Source: Candidatus Moanibacter sp.
GTDB taxonomy: Bacteria > Verrucomicrobiota > Verrucomicrobiia > Opitutales > UBA2987
Length of the DNA stretch: 64,000 nt
Reading direction: 5' to 3'
Assembly (NCBI GenBank): GCA_965215885.1
Contig: CBDCEW010000096.1
Coordinates: 32,001 to 96,000 of the forward strand
The translations under genes and the position numbers were made by a program. Position 1 is the stretch's first letter. Each line of letters begins with the position of its first letter. Shown in pieces: positions 8,765-17,743 of the stretch. The notes under the pieces are model-generated. The model was given only the letters and a program-made list of their open reading frames with translations, did not search any database and was not told the DNA's origin.

Positions 8765-11206
8765 AAAACTATAAGTGACCGAAAACCTCGCATGCATCGG
8801 CAAACCGACCGCCAGGAGATCCCCATAACTCGCCGTCTGCAGATTCGAGTTGAACGTCTTCTCATCGAAGAGATTCAGCAAGTCCGTTTTGAATCGCCAC
8901 GGCCCCTTCTCATAAAAAAGAGAGAGATTGACGATCAGCTGATCACCAATCCTGATGCTGTCAACCATATCGAAATCATACGCTCCCTGCCACTGGGGTC
9001 CTCCGGCTATCCCGAACCCATTCTCAAATGCGTAGAGAAAATAGGCATTGAAGTAGAATAACGGAATGCCACTGTGCCGGATGTTCTGACGTCCGGGAGG
9101 AACTCCAAAAAAGGTCGTGAATCCAAGATCGTCAGCGATAATATCCGTACCGAATCCCAGCGGTGAAAGAATCACACCGGTGAGGGGATCGGGAAAGTCG
9201 ATCAGGGTTGCGTCCTGGTAGGTGAAATTGGCTACCATCCAGAATCGCTCGCCCGGTTGATAAGTCAGGTCCATTTCGAAACCCTCGACTTCGAGGTTGT
9301 CCGGCGCGGTCCCGAGAAAATTCAGCCGCACGCGCTCCTGATGGTAAGCCGCGAAGGTGAGAAGTAAGTCGTCCTTTATCGCATATTTTAGTCCCACTTC
9401 CCACAGCTCCGAGTTCGCATTCCATACTTCTCCTCCAAGGCCCTCCTCCGGGTTCCAGATAAGCCCGCCCACAAAAACGTTACCGACCAGCGTATGATTT
9501 TTCTGATAAGTGAAATACACGCTCAATTCTTCCTTTGGGCGGTAAACCAGGCTACCAGATAACGTCCACCAGAACGTTTCATCCTTGGCGGCAGCATCGC
9601 CTACAAATGGCACGGGTCCGGGAAGCGGATTTTCGATTTCACCCCATCCGTAGTCGCCCCGAGCGCTCGCATAAATGGTGAGCTTTTCTTCATAGAGTTC
9701 AATCTTGTGATTGTGAAAGAAACCGATCGTCTTGAGCGTGTCTTCCGATGTATTGAAGTTGTTGGGAAAATCAGCGCCCCCCGCTTCCGCCGTCTGGCTG
9801 GGCTTTTTGGGTATAACCACCTCGGCAAACTCGTTGAAAGTAGGAAACGGTATTCCTAGTTCCTGGCGTCGAATATCCCAATTGCGGCCCGTAGCCGGGT
9901 CCAATGTGAGATCGAAGATATTCCAGTGCTCGGCAAAGAACCGGTGGTAACTCTCATTGAAGTTATAGCGAAACGATACTCCGGTCGTGGTCTCCTGAGA
10001 GTAAGTTCCCTTTCCTCCAAAATTTCCCTGTAACTCGAATCGATTCTCAAAGACCCAGTCGTTCGGGACGTATTCGATATAGTTGTACTCGAAAACGTCG
10101 ATGTAGGTATTCCACTCCAGATAGGTGTGGTTAACCAGGGTCATATTGTCGTTAAGCTCGTAGGTCGCCTTCAAATGTCCCGTTACATTCACTCCCCTGT
10201 CCTGATCGTCGGGATCGCTGACCTGGCGCCACGGCTCGATCTTGACTTCCGTCGCGAGAGCCGCCGGCAAAATATACCCGCCCAGAATGTCTCCGAAAGG
10301 TGTGGGAATTAATATCGGAAAAGGTTGGCCGCTGAGATAGGTGAAATCGTCCACCAGATCCTGAGTCGGCCGGTTCAACCCGGTTACCGGGACCCACTCC
10401 TCGTAGTAAACCTCAGCGCTGAAATCGAGGCGAAACCTGTTGCTCGGACGCCAGGTAAGCGCGGTATAAAGAGCAAAATTGTCGGTTCCCGAAAACTCAT
10501 GCCATCCATCGGAAAGTTGCCCCGTGAAGCTCACACGGTATGCCAGCTGATCGCTGAAGGGTCCCCCTGCATCAAGTGTGAAGCTGTAATCATCCCAGCC
10601 CCGACCATCAGAAGAGATGTTACCAAAACGTGCGCCGACCGAACCGCGAAACTTATCAAAATAGGGCTTTTTTGTCGTATAATTGATATACCCACCGGTG
10701 TAACTTGAAACTCCCAAATTGGCGGGTGCCGGACCTTTTACGATTTCAATATTCTCTACCCCATTGAAGTTTGTGGGACCGGCGCTCTGCTGAAAAAATC
10801 GACGCATCCCATTCTGGTAGGCCTCCGATAAATCAGCTCTTACGAACGGCGTGCCTTGGAAACCGAAAGAGGTCACTACCCCGATTCCGGAGGAGAATTG
10901 TCGGATGTCTTCGACTAATTCGATCCCGAAAATCTCCATCTGCTCACCCGTTACAATCGCCATGGACCGAGGGATGTTAAAAACCTCGTCTGCGAAACCA
11001 TAGGTTGAACTGATTGGTTTGTCAGTGGGCACGATCATGGCCGATTGCAGGTTTTCGATGATGACATATTCACCAAGCTCCTCAATTTCCTCCTTGTCTT
11101 CCTGAGCATTCGCGCTCATCGCGAAAACAAATACGCCAACTGCGGCAATAGATATTAATCGCTTTGTCGGCGACAAATTATGATGTGTTAATTTCGCTTC
11201 TTTCAT
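8762..11206 (-). CDS. TonB-dependent receptor
   Basis: Signal peptide, plug motif (VENIEIVKGPA..GGYINYTTKKP), NLFDE and C-terminal VTYSF; start MKEAK with AAGAGG RBS. Confidence 0.92.
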   Translation of the reverse strand: MKEAKLTHHNLSPTKRLISIAAVGVFVFAMSANAQEDKEEIEELGEYVIIENLQSAMIVPTDKPISSTYGFADEVFNIPRSMAIVTGEQMEIFGIELVEDIRQFSSGIGVVTSFGFQGTPFVRADLSEAYQNGMRRFFQQSAGPTNFNGVENIEIVKGPAPANLGVSSYTGGYINYTTKKPYFDKFRGSVGARFGNISSDGRGWDDYSFTLDAGGPFSDQLAYRVSFTGQLSDGWHEFSGTDNFALYTALTWRPSNRFRLDFSAEVYYEEWVPVTGLNRPTQDLVDDFTYLSGQPFPILIPTPFGDILGGYILPAALATEVKIEPWRQVSDPDDQDRGVNVTGHLKATYELNDNMTLVNHTYLEWNTYIDVFEYNYIEYVPNDWVFENRFELQGNFGGKGTYSQETTTGVSFRYNFNESYHRFFAEHWNIFDLTLDPATGRNWDIRRQELGIPFPTFNEFAEVVIPKKPSQTAEAGGADFPNNFNTSEDTLKTIGFFHNHKIELYEEKLTIYASARGDYGWGEIENPLPGPVPFVGDAAAKDETFWWTLSGSLVYRPKEELSVYFTYQKNHTLVGNVFVGGLIWNPEEGLGGEVWNANSELWEVGLKYAIKDDLLLTFAAYHQERVRLNFLGTAPDNLEVEGFEMDLTYQPGERFWMVANFTYQDATLIDFPDPLTGVILSPLGFGTDIIADDLGFTTFFGVPPGRQNIRHSGIPLFYFNAYFLYAFENGFGIAGGPQWQGAYDFDMVDSIRIGDQLIVNLSLFYEKGPWRFKTDLLNLFDEKTFNSNLQTASYGDLLAVGLPMHARFSVTYSF

Positions 11207-11409
11207 TGTAATAAATCCTCTTCTTTTGGGTGGTTTCAAATGTGATTTTGCTTTCTGTATTTGCACTCCTTCTACGGGACGCGCTTTGCAAGAGCGTGCT
11301 CTGGCAACGTTAAGGTGGTAAACCACGACCTATTTTTCGCTCTCAGAATAGTTACGCAAGAGTGAATTCTATTCAGCTTATAGCAAATTAATCGCGAGCT
11401 GAAGGTTGG

Positions 11410-11500
11410 TCCCTGCGCACCCGACGAGTTTTCGGCCAGGCCTACCAGGGGTCAACAGATACAACAGCCCCACTCTTTCAATAAGGTACGGGCGCGGGGA
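11410..11500 (-). ncRNA. Candidate structured cis-regulatory RNA upstream of the TonB receptor (family unassigned)
   Basis: Closing stem tccctgcgcacccg/cgggcgcgggga encloses further possible helices (gagt/actc, gggg/cccc). Confidence 0.35.
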
Positions 11501-11589
11501 TAAAGGTTTCCCTTGAATTGAAGTTGACCCTTCAAGTTGCTCTGATTTCGTAAGTTAGATTATTTCAAGCGGTTTCCTACTCAATCCGA

Positions 11590-12639
11590 ATGTCTTCAGT
11601 CAACGAAAGCGAAAGTATCGTAGAGGATAAGGCAAGCAAAAATCGATCTCCCTTCGATTCTTTCTTTTTCGATCCTTTTCTGACGAATGAGTGGTTGGCG
11701 GTTTGTCCATCATCACAGGTGCTCGAAGGGAGTGTGAAAGAGGCTAGGCTTATGGGCGAACCCCTCGTGCTGTGGCGTGCCGAAGGAAACGTCCATGCCT
11801 GGAGGGACCTCTGCATCCATCGCGGTTCAAAGCTCTCCCTCGGAAGCGTGAGAGATGGCTGCCTCGTCTGTCCTTACCACGCATGGACCTACAATGGAGA
11901 AGGGAAATGCGTGCGGGTTCCAGCACATCCTGATCTTGATATTCCCGACCGAGCCCGGACCGTTACCTACCAAGCGCAAGACCACCTCGACCTCATCTGG
12001 GTATGCCTCGGTAAACCTCGATGCGATCCGCCACCCGCTATATGGTGGCGACGGGAAGGATTTAAGACGATTCCGGCGGGTCCTTACGAATTTGATGCTA
12101 TGGGAACACGTGCAATCGAGAATTTTGCTGATGTAGCGCATCTCTGTATCGTGCACGACGGAATTCTCGGAACATCAAAGAGACCGGAAATCGAAAATTA
12201 CGCGGTCAAAATGACAGAGGAAGGAATATCTGTGCCAGGGGTTAGAGTTTTCCAACCGTCAAAATATGGAGAGGGGGAAGGAACCTATGCGCTTTACGAT
12301 TACCACATATTCCGCCCTCTTACGATCCAGTTTAAATCCTCCGTTCCCGAAGGCACCGATGCGCCCCGCCTCTCTTCCTGGCTCACGGTTTCACCGGTCG
12401 ATCGAACAAGGAGCGTAGGCTGGATATGGATTATGCATAATATCGAAGGCGTGCCAGATGCGGAAATGGTAACGCTGCAGGATACCATCCTGTCCCAGGA
12501 CCTCGCCGTAGTAAACACCCAGCACCCCGAGCTCGTTCCTCTCGACCTCTCCGAGGAATTGCACCTCGCCTCCGATCGCACCGCTGTCGAATACCGTAAG
12601 TGGCTTCGCAAATTGGGCATGCAATATGGAACTTACTAG
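11590..12639 (+). CDS. Rieske non-heme iron oxygenase alpha subunit (VanA/NdmA-like O/N-demethylase)
   Basis: CIHRG...CPYHAW Rieske site, ENFADVAHLCIVH mononuclear Fe site, and PLDLSEELHLASDRTAVEYRKWL tail. Confidence 0.9.
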   Translation: MSSVNESESIVEDKASKNRSPFDSFFFDPFLTNEWLAVCPSSQVLEGSVKEARLMGEPLVLWRAEGNVHAWRDLCIHRGSKLSLGSVRDGCLVCPYHAWTYNGEGKCVRVPAHPDLDIPDRARTVTYQAQDHLDLIWVCLGKPRCDPPPAIWWRREGFKTIPAGPYEFDAMGTRAIENFADVAHLCIVHDGILGTSKRPEIENYAVKMTEEGISVPGVRVFQPSKYGEGEGTYALYDYHIFRPLTIQFKSSVPEGTDAPRLSSWLTVSPVDRTRSVGWIWIMHNIEGVPDAEMVTLQDTILSQDLAVVNTQHPELVPLDLSEELHLASDRTAVEYRKWLRKLGMQYGTY

Positions 12640-12640
12640 G

Positions 12641-13745
12641 CCGAAAAGCTACTGATTTACCGCAGTGAACTACGCAATATTTCTTGTAAGATTACTTTGC
12701 CAACATGAGCGACAGATCGGCAAAAGCGATGTCCCTCATTCTCGCAATTTTCTGGATCGTTCGAATTGGCCGGGTTCGTAATCGAGAAGGATCTGGAATC
12801 GAGAAAGAAACTTCGATTGGAAGATCGCACTTTGAAGGGCGCACAGCGGATACTGGCGTGAATCTTGGGGCAGGCCGGCCGCGGACGGCTTATGCGGTAT
12901 ACGTGTTCGTGATGATTCAGGGTTTTCTCTCTCGATGAGCTTGTTGCCCGGCTGATCCGTGAACCTGGTCGCTCAGCTGAGGACGACAGATTGGGGCTCC
13001 AGGAGCATGGGACGATTTCTCGACAGCACCTCGGTCTTCCGATGGGAGATTCTGAGCGGTCTTTTGATGCGGGCCAATCTCTTATTTTCGCAAGGGATGG
13101 GTTGATAATCCAAGCGAGTTTCAGATTTGTCTGGCCGCGGGCAAACCGAAGTCGAGGGCAGGAAACATCGGTTGCTCAAGCGGGGCCGCAAGGCGGCCGA
13201 ACTAACGGGGGAACTGCCATCTTGAAGAGGGCCTGTCGATTGCCTCCCACTCGCGTAGCCATCGCCAAGCGGGTTGTTGAGTATGCTCATGATATCAAAT
13301 CGGCCGACATAGGGCAGCCGGGCGAACGTTTGCCTGACGTAACTCTGAGCTGGCGCCGGCCATCGGAGATGATCAAGCGCACCTGTCATTGCTCGCCGCG
13401 ATGACGGATATCGGCGCGATGCTGAGCCTGGGGGTGCAGAACGAAGGGCAAGAAGTTGGTCTTGGCGTATCGCGAGGCACGGCTCCGCAGTGGAGTCGCG
13501 TTCATGGCGAATCGGCCGCCGATCGATGCGGTAGGCGATGAACGTCATAATGGCTTCTGCCGCATCGGATCTGGTGGACGGAACAGGCAGCCCGCTGACC
13601 GCTTTGAAGCTCAGAGAAAAAAGCACCACGGGATGAGTATGCCTACCAGTTTCAAGCGTGCAAATATACGTATTGTGCAGCAAGTCCCACGCCGATGGCA
13701 TTCGTCTCAATACCTGCTCAGCCGGCAGCGATGCGGCAGCCTACA
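12641..13745 (+). mobile_element. Micro-deletion-riddled copy of the IS at 58471-60387
   Basis: Collinear identical blocks, e.g. gaaaagctactgatt, aagaaacttcgattggaagatcgca and gctttgaagctcagagaaaaaagcaccacgggatgagtatgcct. Confidence 0.85.
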
Positions 13746-14726
13746 AGAGCGTCATCACCAACATGCTCACATCAGGGCCGGCAGGGGCCTATTGGAAGGA
13801 GTATCTAAACTTTTCAAGCAGCAGCGAACATTCATTGCTAACGGCAGCTATGCGCATCCTTTCCGGCGAGTCACGGACAGCGATGGTGATAAGCTGGAGC
13901 AAATGTTCAGAATCGCCTATCCCTGTCACGGAGCAATTGACTACCGACTCCGATTTATCAGCGCGGCCTCGGCCTGAACGGTCTCGCGGCATCCGCCTTG
14001 CAGTGCCAGTGTTATAAAGAAAAATATGAAATAGCCGGGTCCGCGGTTGCTGATGTCGTCGTCAAGAATCGGTCCAATGCGACGGCCAACCCATTGGCTC
14101 ATCTCAGGTTACCGATAACTCGGGAGGAGGTAGATTCTTCTCCTTTTATCGCCTTGCCCTTGAGGCAACTGCAGGTTCCTCCCTATTCGGACGGTGTCTG
14201 CGTTCTAATCGTGGCCACTCCGGAGAGAGCATTGGCACTCACTCCCAATCCATCCTGGATTCAGGGAATGGGTTGGGCCTCGGATACCTACTGGATGGGC
14301 GATCGTCCCCTGGTGCAACTCACCTCTCTGAAAATTGCAGCCAATCAGGCCTATGCGATGGCCCAAATCGGAAACCCCGCCGAAGAGATCGATGTCTCCG
14401 AAGTTCACGACACGACCGCCTATCACGAGCTTATGGCATATGAAGCCCTTGGATTTTGTGACGAAGGTAAAGGAGCCGAATTCATGCTTTCCGGCTCCAC
14501 GCGGAAAAGCGGCACGCTCCCGGTCAATCCTTCAGGGGGCGCACTCTCCTCGAACCCCGTTTTCGCCACCGGCCTGGTGCGGGTAGCAGAGGCCGCTCTT
14601 CAAGTCATGGGTAGAGCCGGTGAACGTCAGATTCCGGATGTTGAAAGGGCCCTGGCTCATGCCACCCATGGATTCGCTTCCCAGGGAAACTCAGTTTTTA
14701 TCCTCGGAAACGAGCCACTCTCATGA
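13745..14726 (+). pseudogene. Ltp4-like thiolase-fold protein, 5' end disrupted and frameshifted near 13950
   Basis: ITNMLTSGPAGAY...SWSKCSE in one frame joins PIYQRGLGLN...GGALSSNPVFATGLVRVAEAA...ALAHATHG in another. Confidence 0.75.
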
Positions 14727-15913
14727 GCGCGGGAAAAGTGGCAGTCATTGGCAGCGGCCAGACAGTTTACAGCTCCCGAAGCGAGTTCACTTATCCTGAA
14801 CTCGTGGAGCAGGCAACGAGCGCGGCTCTAGCCCAGGCCGAACTCACTATTGATGACATCGATGCCGTCGTCTTCGCGCTCGCACCGGACGCCCTCATAG
14901 GAGTCAACCATGGCGAGCGCTGGTGCGTCGACGCAATTGGAGCTCAGGGAAAACCATTTATGCGCGTAAACACAGGTGGCAGCACCGGCATGTCCGCGTT
15001 TCTCGCCGGATATTTTCATGTCGCGTCAGGACTTTTCCGGCGAGTCCTGGTGTCAGGTGCCGATCGCGTTGGGGAGAGCGGCGATTCTCAACAGATTCTC
15101 AACAAAATGTGGGACAAAAACTACGAGCGTCCCCTCCCCTTAAACGCCATCAATATGCTGGCCCTTCAGGCAACTCGCTACATGCATCGTTACGATGTCA
15201 CGGAAGAGCAAACTTCCCTCGTCTCGGTCCACGCTCACAAAAACGGGATGAATAATCCTCTCAACCAGATTCGTGTGGAGGTCTCCATCGAGGATGTCAT
15301 GAATTCTCGCCCAATTTGCTGGCCGATCAAACTTTACGACGCCTCCCCCGCATCGACCGGTGGGTGTGCCGTCCTCCTCGCCGCCGAGGCAGAAGCCGAG
15401 AGCGGCCCGTTGCCACCTGTCTGGGTTCGGGCTGTATCTCACGTAGCCGACACCTATTACATCGGCGACCGCATGGGACCTGCCGCCGTGAGCGATTATG
15501 CCGATTGCGATGCTCAGGCCGAATCTACGCGAAGGGCCTATCGCATCGCTGGCATCACTAACCCGCGGAAACAATTCGATGTAGCAGAGCTCTACTATCC
15601 TTTCAGCTGCGTCGGACTCCACATGGTCGAGGCCGTCGGTCTCGCCGAAAAGGGTAAGGCCCACAATCTGTTTGAAGAAGGAGTTTTCGATATGAACGGC
15701 GAGATCCCAGTCAACCCCTCGGGAGGTCTCCTCTGCGCACACCCTATCGCCGTGACTGGCCTCGTCCGGGTTGCCGAAGCCGCCTTGCAACTCCAGGGTC
15801 GCGCCGGTCAGCACCAGGTACCTGGTGCCAAAACCGCTCTCACCACCGGTATCGGCGGTACCCACGAATTCTATGGCACCGTAATACTCGGGGTCAGTCC
15901 TGAATGGCGCTAA
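14723..15913 (+). CDS. Ltp3-like thiolase-fold (SCP2-type) protein
   Basis: RVNTGGSTG (no catalytic Cys), ELYYPFS and VNPSGGLLCAHPI motifs. The last codons come from the IS end. Confidence 0.88.
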   Translation: MSAGKVAVIGSGQTVYSSRSEFTYPELVEQATSAALAQAELTIDDIDAVVFALAPDALIGVNHGERWCVDAIGAQGKPFMRVNTGGSTGMSAFLAGYFHVASGLFRRVLVSGADRVGESGDSQQILNKMWDKNYERPLPLNAINMLALQATRYMHRYDVTEEQTSLVSVHAHKNGMNNPLNQIRVEVSIEDVMNSRPICWPIKLYDASPASTGGCAVLLAAEAEAESGPLPPVWVRAVSHVADTYYIGDRMGPAAVSDYADCDAQAESTRRAYRIAGITNPRKQFDVAELYYPFSCVGLHMVEAVGLAEKGKAHNLFEEGVFDMNGEIPVNPSGGLLCAHPIAVTGLVRVAEAALQLQGRAGQHQVPGAKTALTTGIGGTHEFYGTVILGVSPEWR

Positions 15914-15987
15914 GATAAGCCAAAAATAATTGTAAAAAATATGTAAAAAAGCTTGTACTATGACCGTTAGTAGACTAATCTTGTTGT

Positions 15988-16997
15988 ATGAAAAATATGA
16001 CAAGATTCCTGCCTGGGTTTAATCACATTCTATGCGGTCGCCCGCCTAAGTCGGCCCTGGCACAAGTAAAGATCCTCGGGGCAAGCCCCGAGGCATTTGA
16101 TATTAGACTTTATGAATTAGAAACGAAGCAAGCTTCGGGGAATTAAACCCGAAGCGATTAAAAAACCATGAAAGCGGCATTTTGCGCAAATTCGTTGGGT
16201 ATTTGAAAAAAGCAGAGGTGGTTCTGTGCGACCGCGGTTATTGCTCTTATGCCAATCTGGGGCTGCTTCTAAACCATCAAATGGACGCGGTCATGCGCCT
16301 GCACCAAAGGCGCAAATGCGACTTCCGTAGCGGCCAAACACTGGGCCGATACGATCGGCTGGTGACCTGGAAAAAACCGCAGAGACAGCACGGGTTCAGC
16401 CCGGAAGAATGGGCTCAATTACCGGCCGAACTGACTCTGCGAATGGTGCGTTTCTTCGTTCAGATCAAAGGATTCCGTACCCGAAAGATCGATCTTGTGA
16501 CCACCTTTACCGACCCCCTCCAATACACCGTAGAGGATCTGGCCGATCTCTACTTCCGCCGCTGGTCAGTGGAACTGTTTTTTCGCGACATTAAAACGAC
16601 TATGAAGATGGAAACGGTACGCTGCCTTACTCCCGAAATGGTGCATAAGGAAATCCAGCTGTTCTTTATCGCCTATAATCTCATCCGCGCCCTCATGCAA
16701 CACGCCGCCACCCTCTATCAGCGTGACCTGCATCGGCTCAGCTTCAAGAGCACGGTCGACACCGTTCGGCAGTACTGCACCGCTCTGAACGCCACCCGCA
16801 AGCAACCTCGAAAGCAACAACGCATCATTGACGAGATGGTTCTGATTATTGCCGAGGAGACTGTTCCACTACGAGAACACCGCAGCGAACCACGAGCGGT
16901 CAAACGAAGACCGAAACCTTACCAATTACTAACGAAGCCGCGAGGGAAAATGAAAGTCTCGCGCTCGCGCAGAAACAAAGGCAAAAATCGTCGTTAA
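15988..16997 (+). pseudogene. IS4 transposase with central deletion
   Basis: Short N-terminus MKNMTRFLPGF, then a 98-bp insert, then DRGYCSY...LYFRRWSVELFFRDIK (YREK motif). Confidence 0.85.
16065..16162. mobile_element. 98-bp two-hairpin element (IS200/IS605 PATE-like), copy 1
   Basis: Hairpins cctcggggcaagccccgagg and cttcggggaattaaacccgaag; identical copy at 21709-21806. Confidence 0.8.
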
Positions 16998-17020
16998 TCG
17001 GGCTTATCTTAGCGCCATTC

Positions 17021-17112
17021 GGGTCAGTCCTTGATTCTTGACATTTTTCAATACCTCTGAGCCTTCTTTCCCAATACGAAATCGGAAATGTCAAGAATCA
17101 AGGACTGACCCC
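17021..17112. repeat. REP doublet GGGGTCAG...CTGACCCC
   Basis: 26-bp perfect IR gggtcagtccttgattcttgacattt / aaatgtcaagaatcaaggactgaccc. Confidence 0.85.
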
Positions 17113-17114
17113 GA

Positions 17115-17600
17115 GTGGCTGAAGAACATCCAACCATAGAGCAGCGATGGGACATCACCTACCGCCACTCCACGGGCGAGACTGCGGCCTACTTTTTTGA
17201 GAAACTGAAGGGGAGGCAATTCGTCGGGAAACAGTGTCCGAAGTGCCACAGGGTGCTCATGCCGCCGCGCGCTTTCTGCGACCGATGCCACGCCTCCACG
17301 GAAAAGTGGGTTGACGTAGAATCACACGGAACAATCGAGTCATCCACGATAATCTATCATCCCTTTAAGGGCATGCCGGAAGTCCCCTACGCATTGGCCT
17401 ATGTTCTGCTTCAAAATGCAGGCACAGCCATGTTCAACTTCGTGCGTGGGATTGACCTGACGGAACCGAGGGAGGCGGCCGGAAAACTGGAGATCGGAAC
17501 AAGAGTCAATGTCGCCTTCATCGACCAACCGGAAGGCGCCATGACCGATTTCTGGTACGAGATAGCCACAAAAGAACGCAAAGATCCTAACGCAGCGTAG
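17115..17600 (+). CDS. Zn-ribbon/OB-fold (DUF35) protein
   Basis: CPKC...PPRAFCDRC zinc ribbon followed by an OB-fold; downstream of the thiolases. Confidence 0.9.
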   Translation: MAEEHPTIEQRWDITYRHSTGETAAYFFEKLKGRQFVGKQCPKCHRVLMPPRAFCDRCHASTEKWVDVESHGTIESSTIIYHPFKGMPEVPYALAYVLLQNAGTAMFNFVRGIDLTEPREAAGKLEIGTRVNVAFIDQPEGAMTDFWYEIATKERKDPNAA

Positions 17601-17743
17601 CCGCAAAGAAGAAGAGAACCGCAGATGCACGCGAATGGACACGAATCACTCTCCAGACAAAGCCAAATTTCGAATTTGTCCGTTCCGACACCTTCCCTGA
17701 ATCACTCTTTTTTTGCGTTCTCTGCGTTCTTTCGTGGCTATGA

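Larger units (their letters stand above)
15902..17020 (+). mobile_element. IS4-family element, internally deleted
   Basis: 20-bp IR gaatggcgctaagataagcc; 11-bp TSD gggtcagtcct at 15891-15901 and 17021-17031. Confidence 0.9.

Noticed and set aside
11425..11450. Hammerhead ribozyme (minus strand CUGGUAGGCCUGGCCGAAAAC)
   Set aside because: The CUGANGA core is not matched and stem II would have a 1-nt loop.
12973..13710. 245-aa ORF and overlapping ORFs as novel genes
   Set aside because: They arise from the scrambled IS copy.
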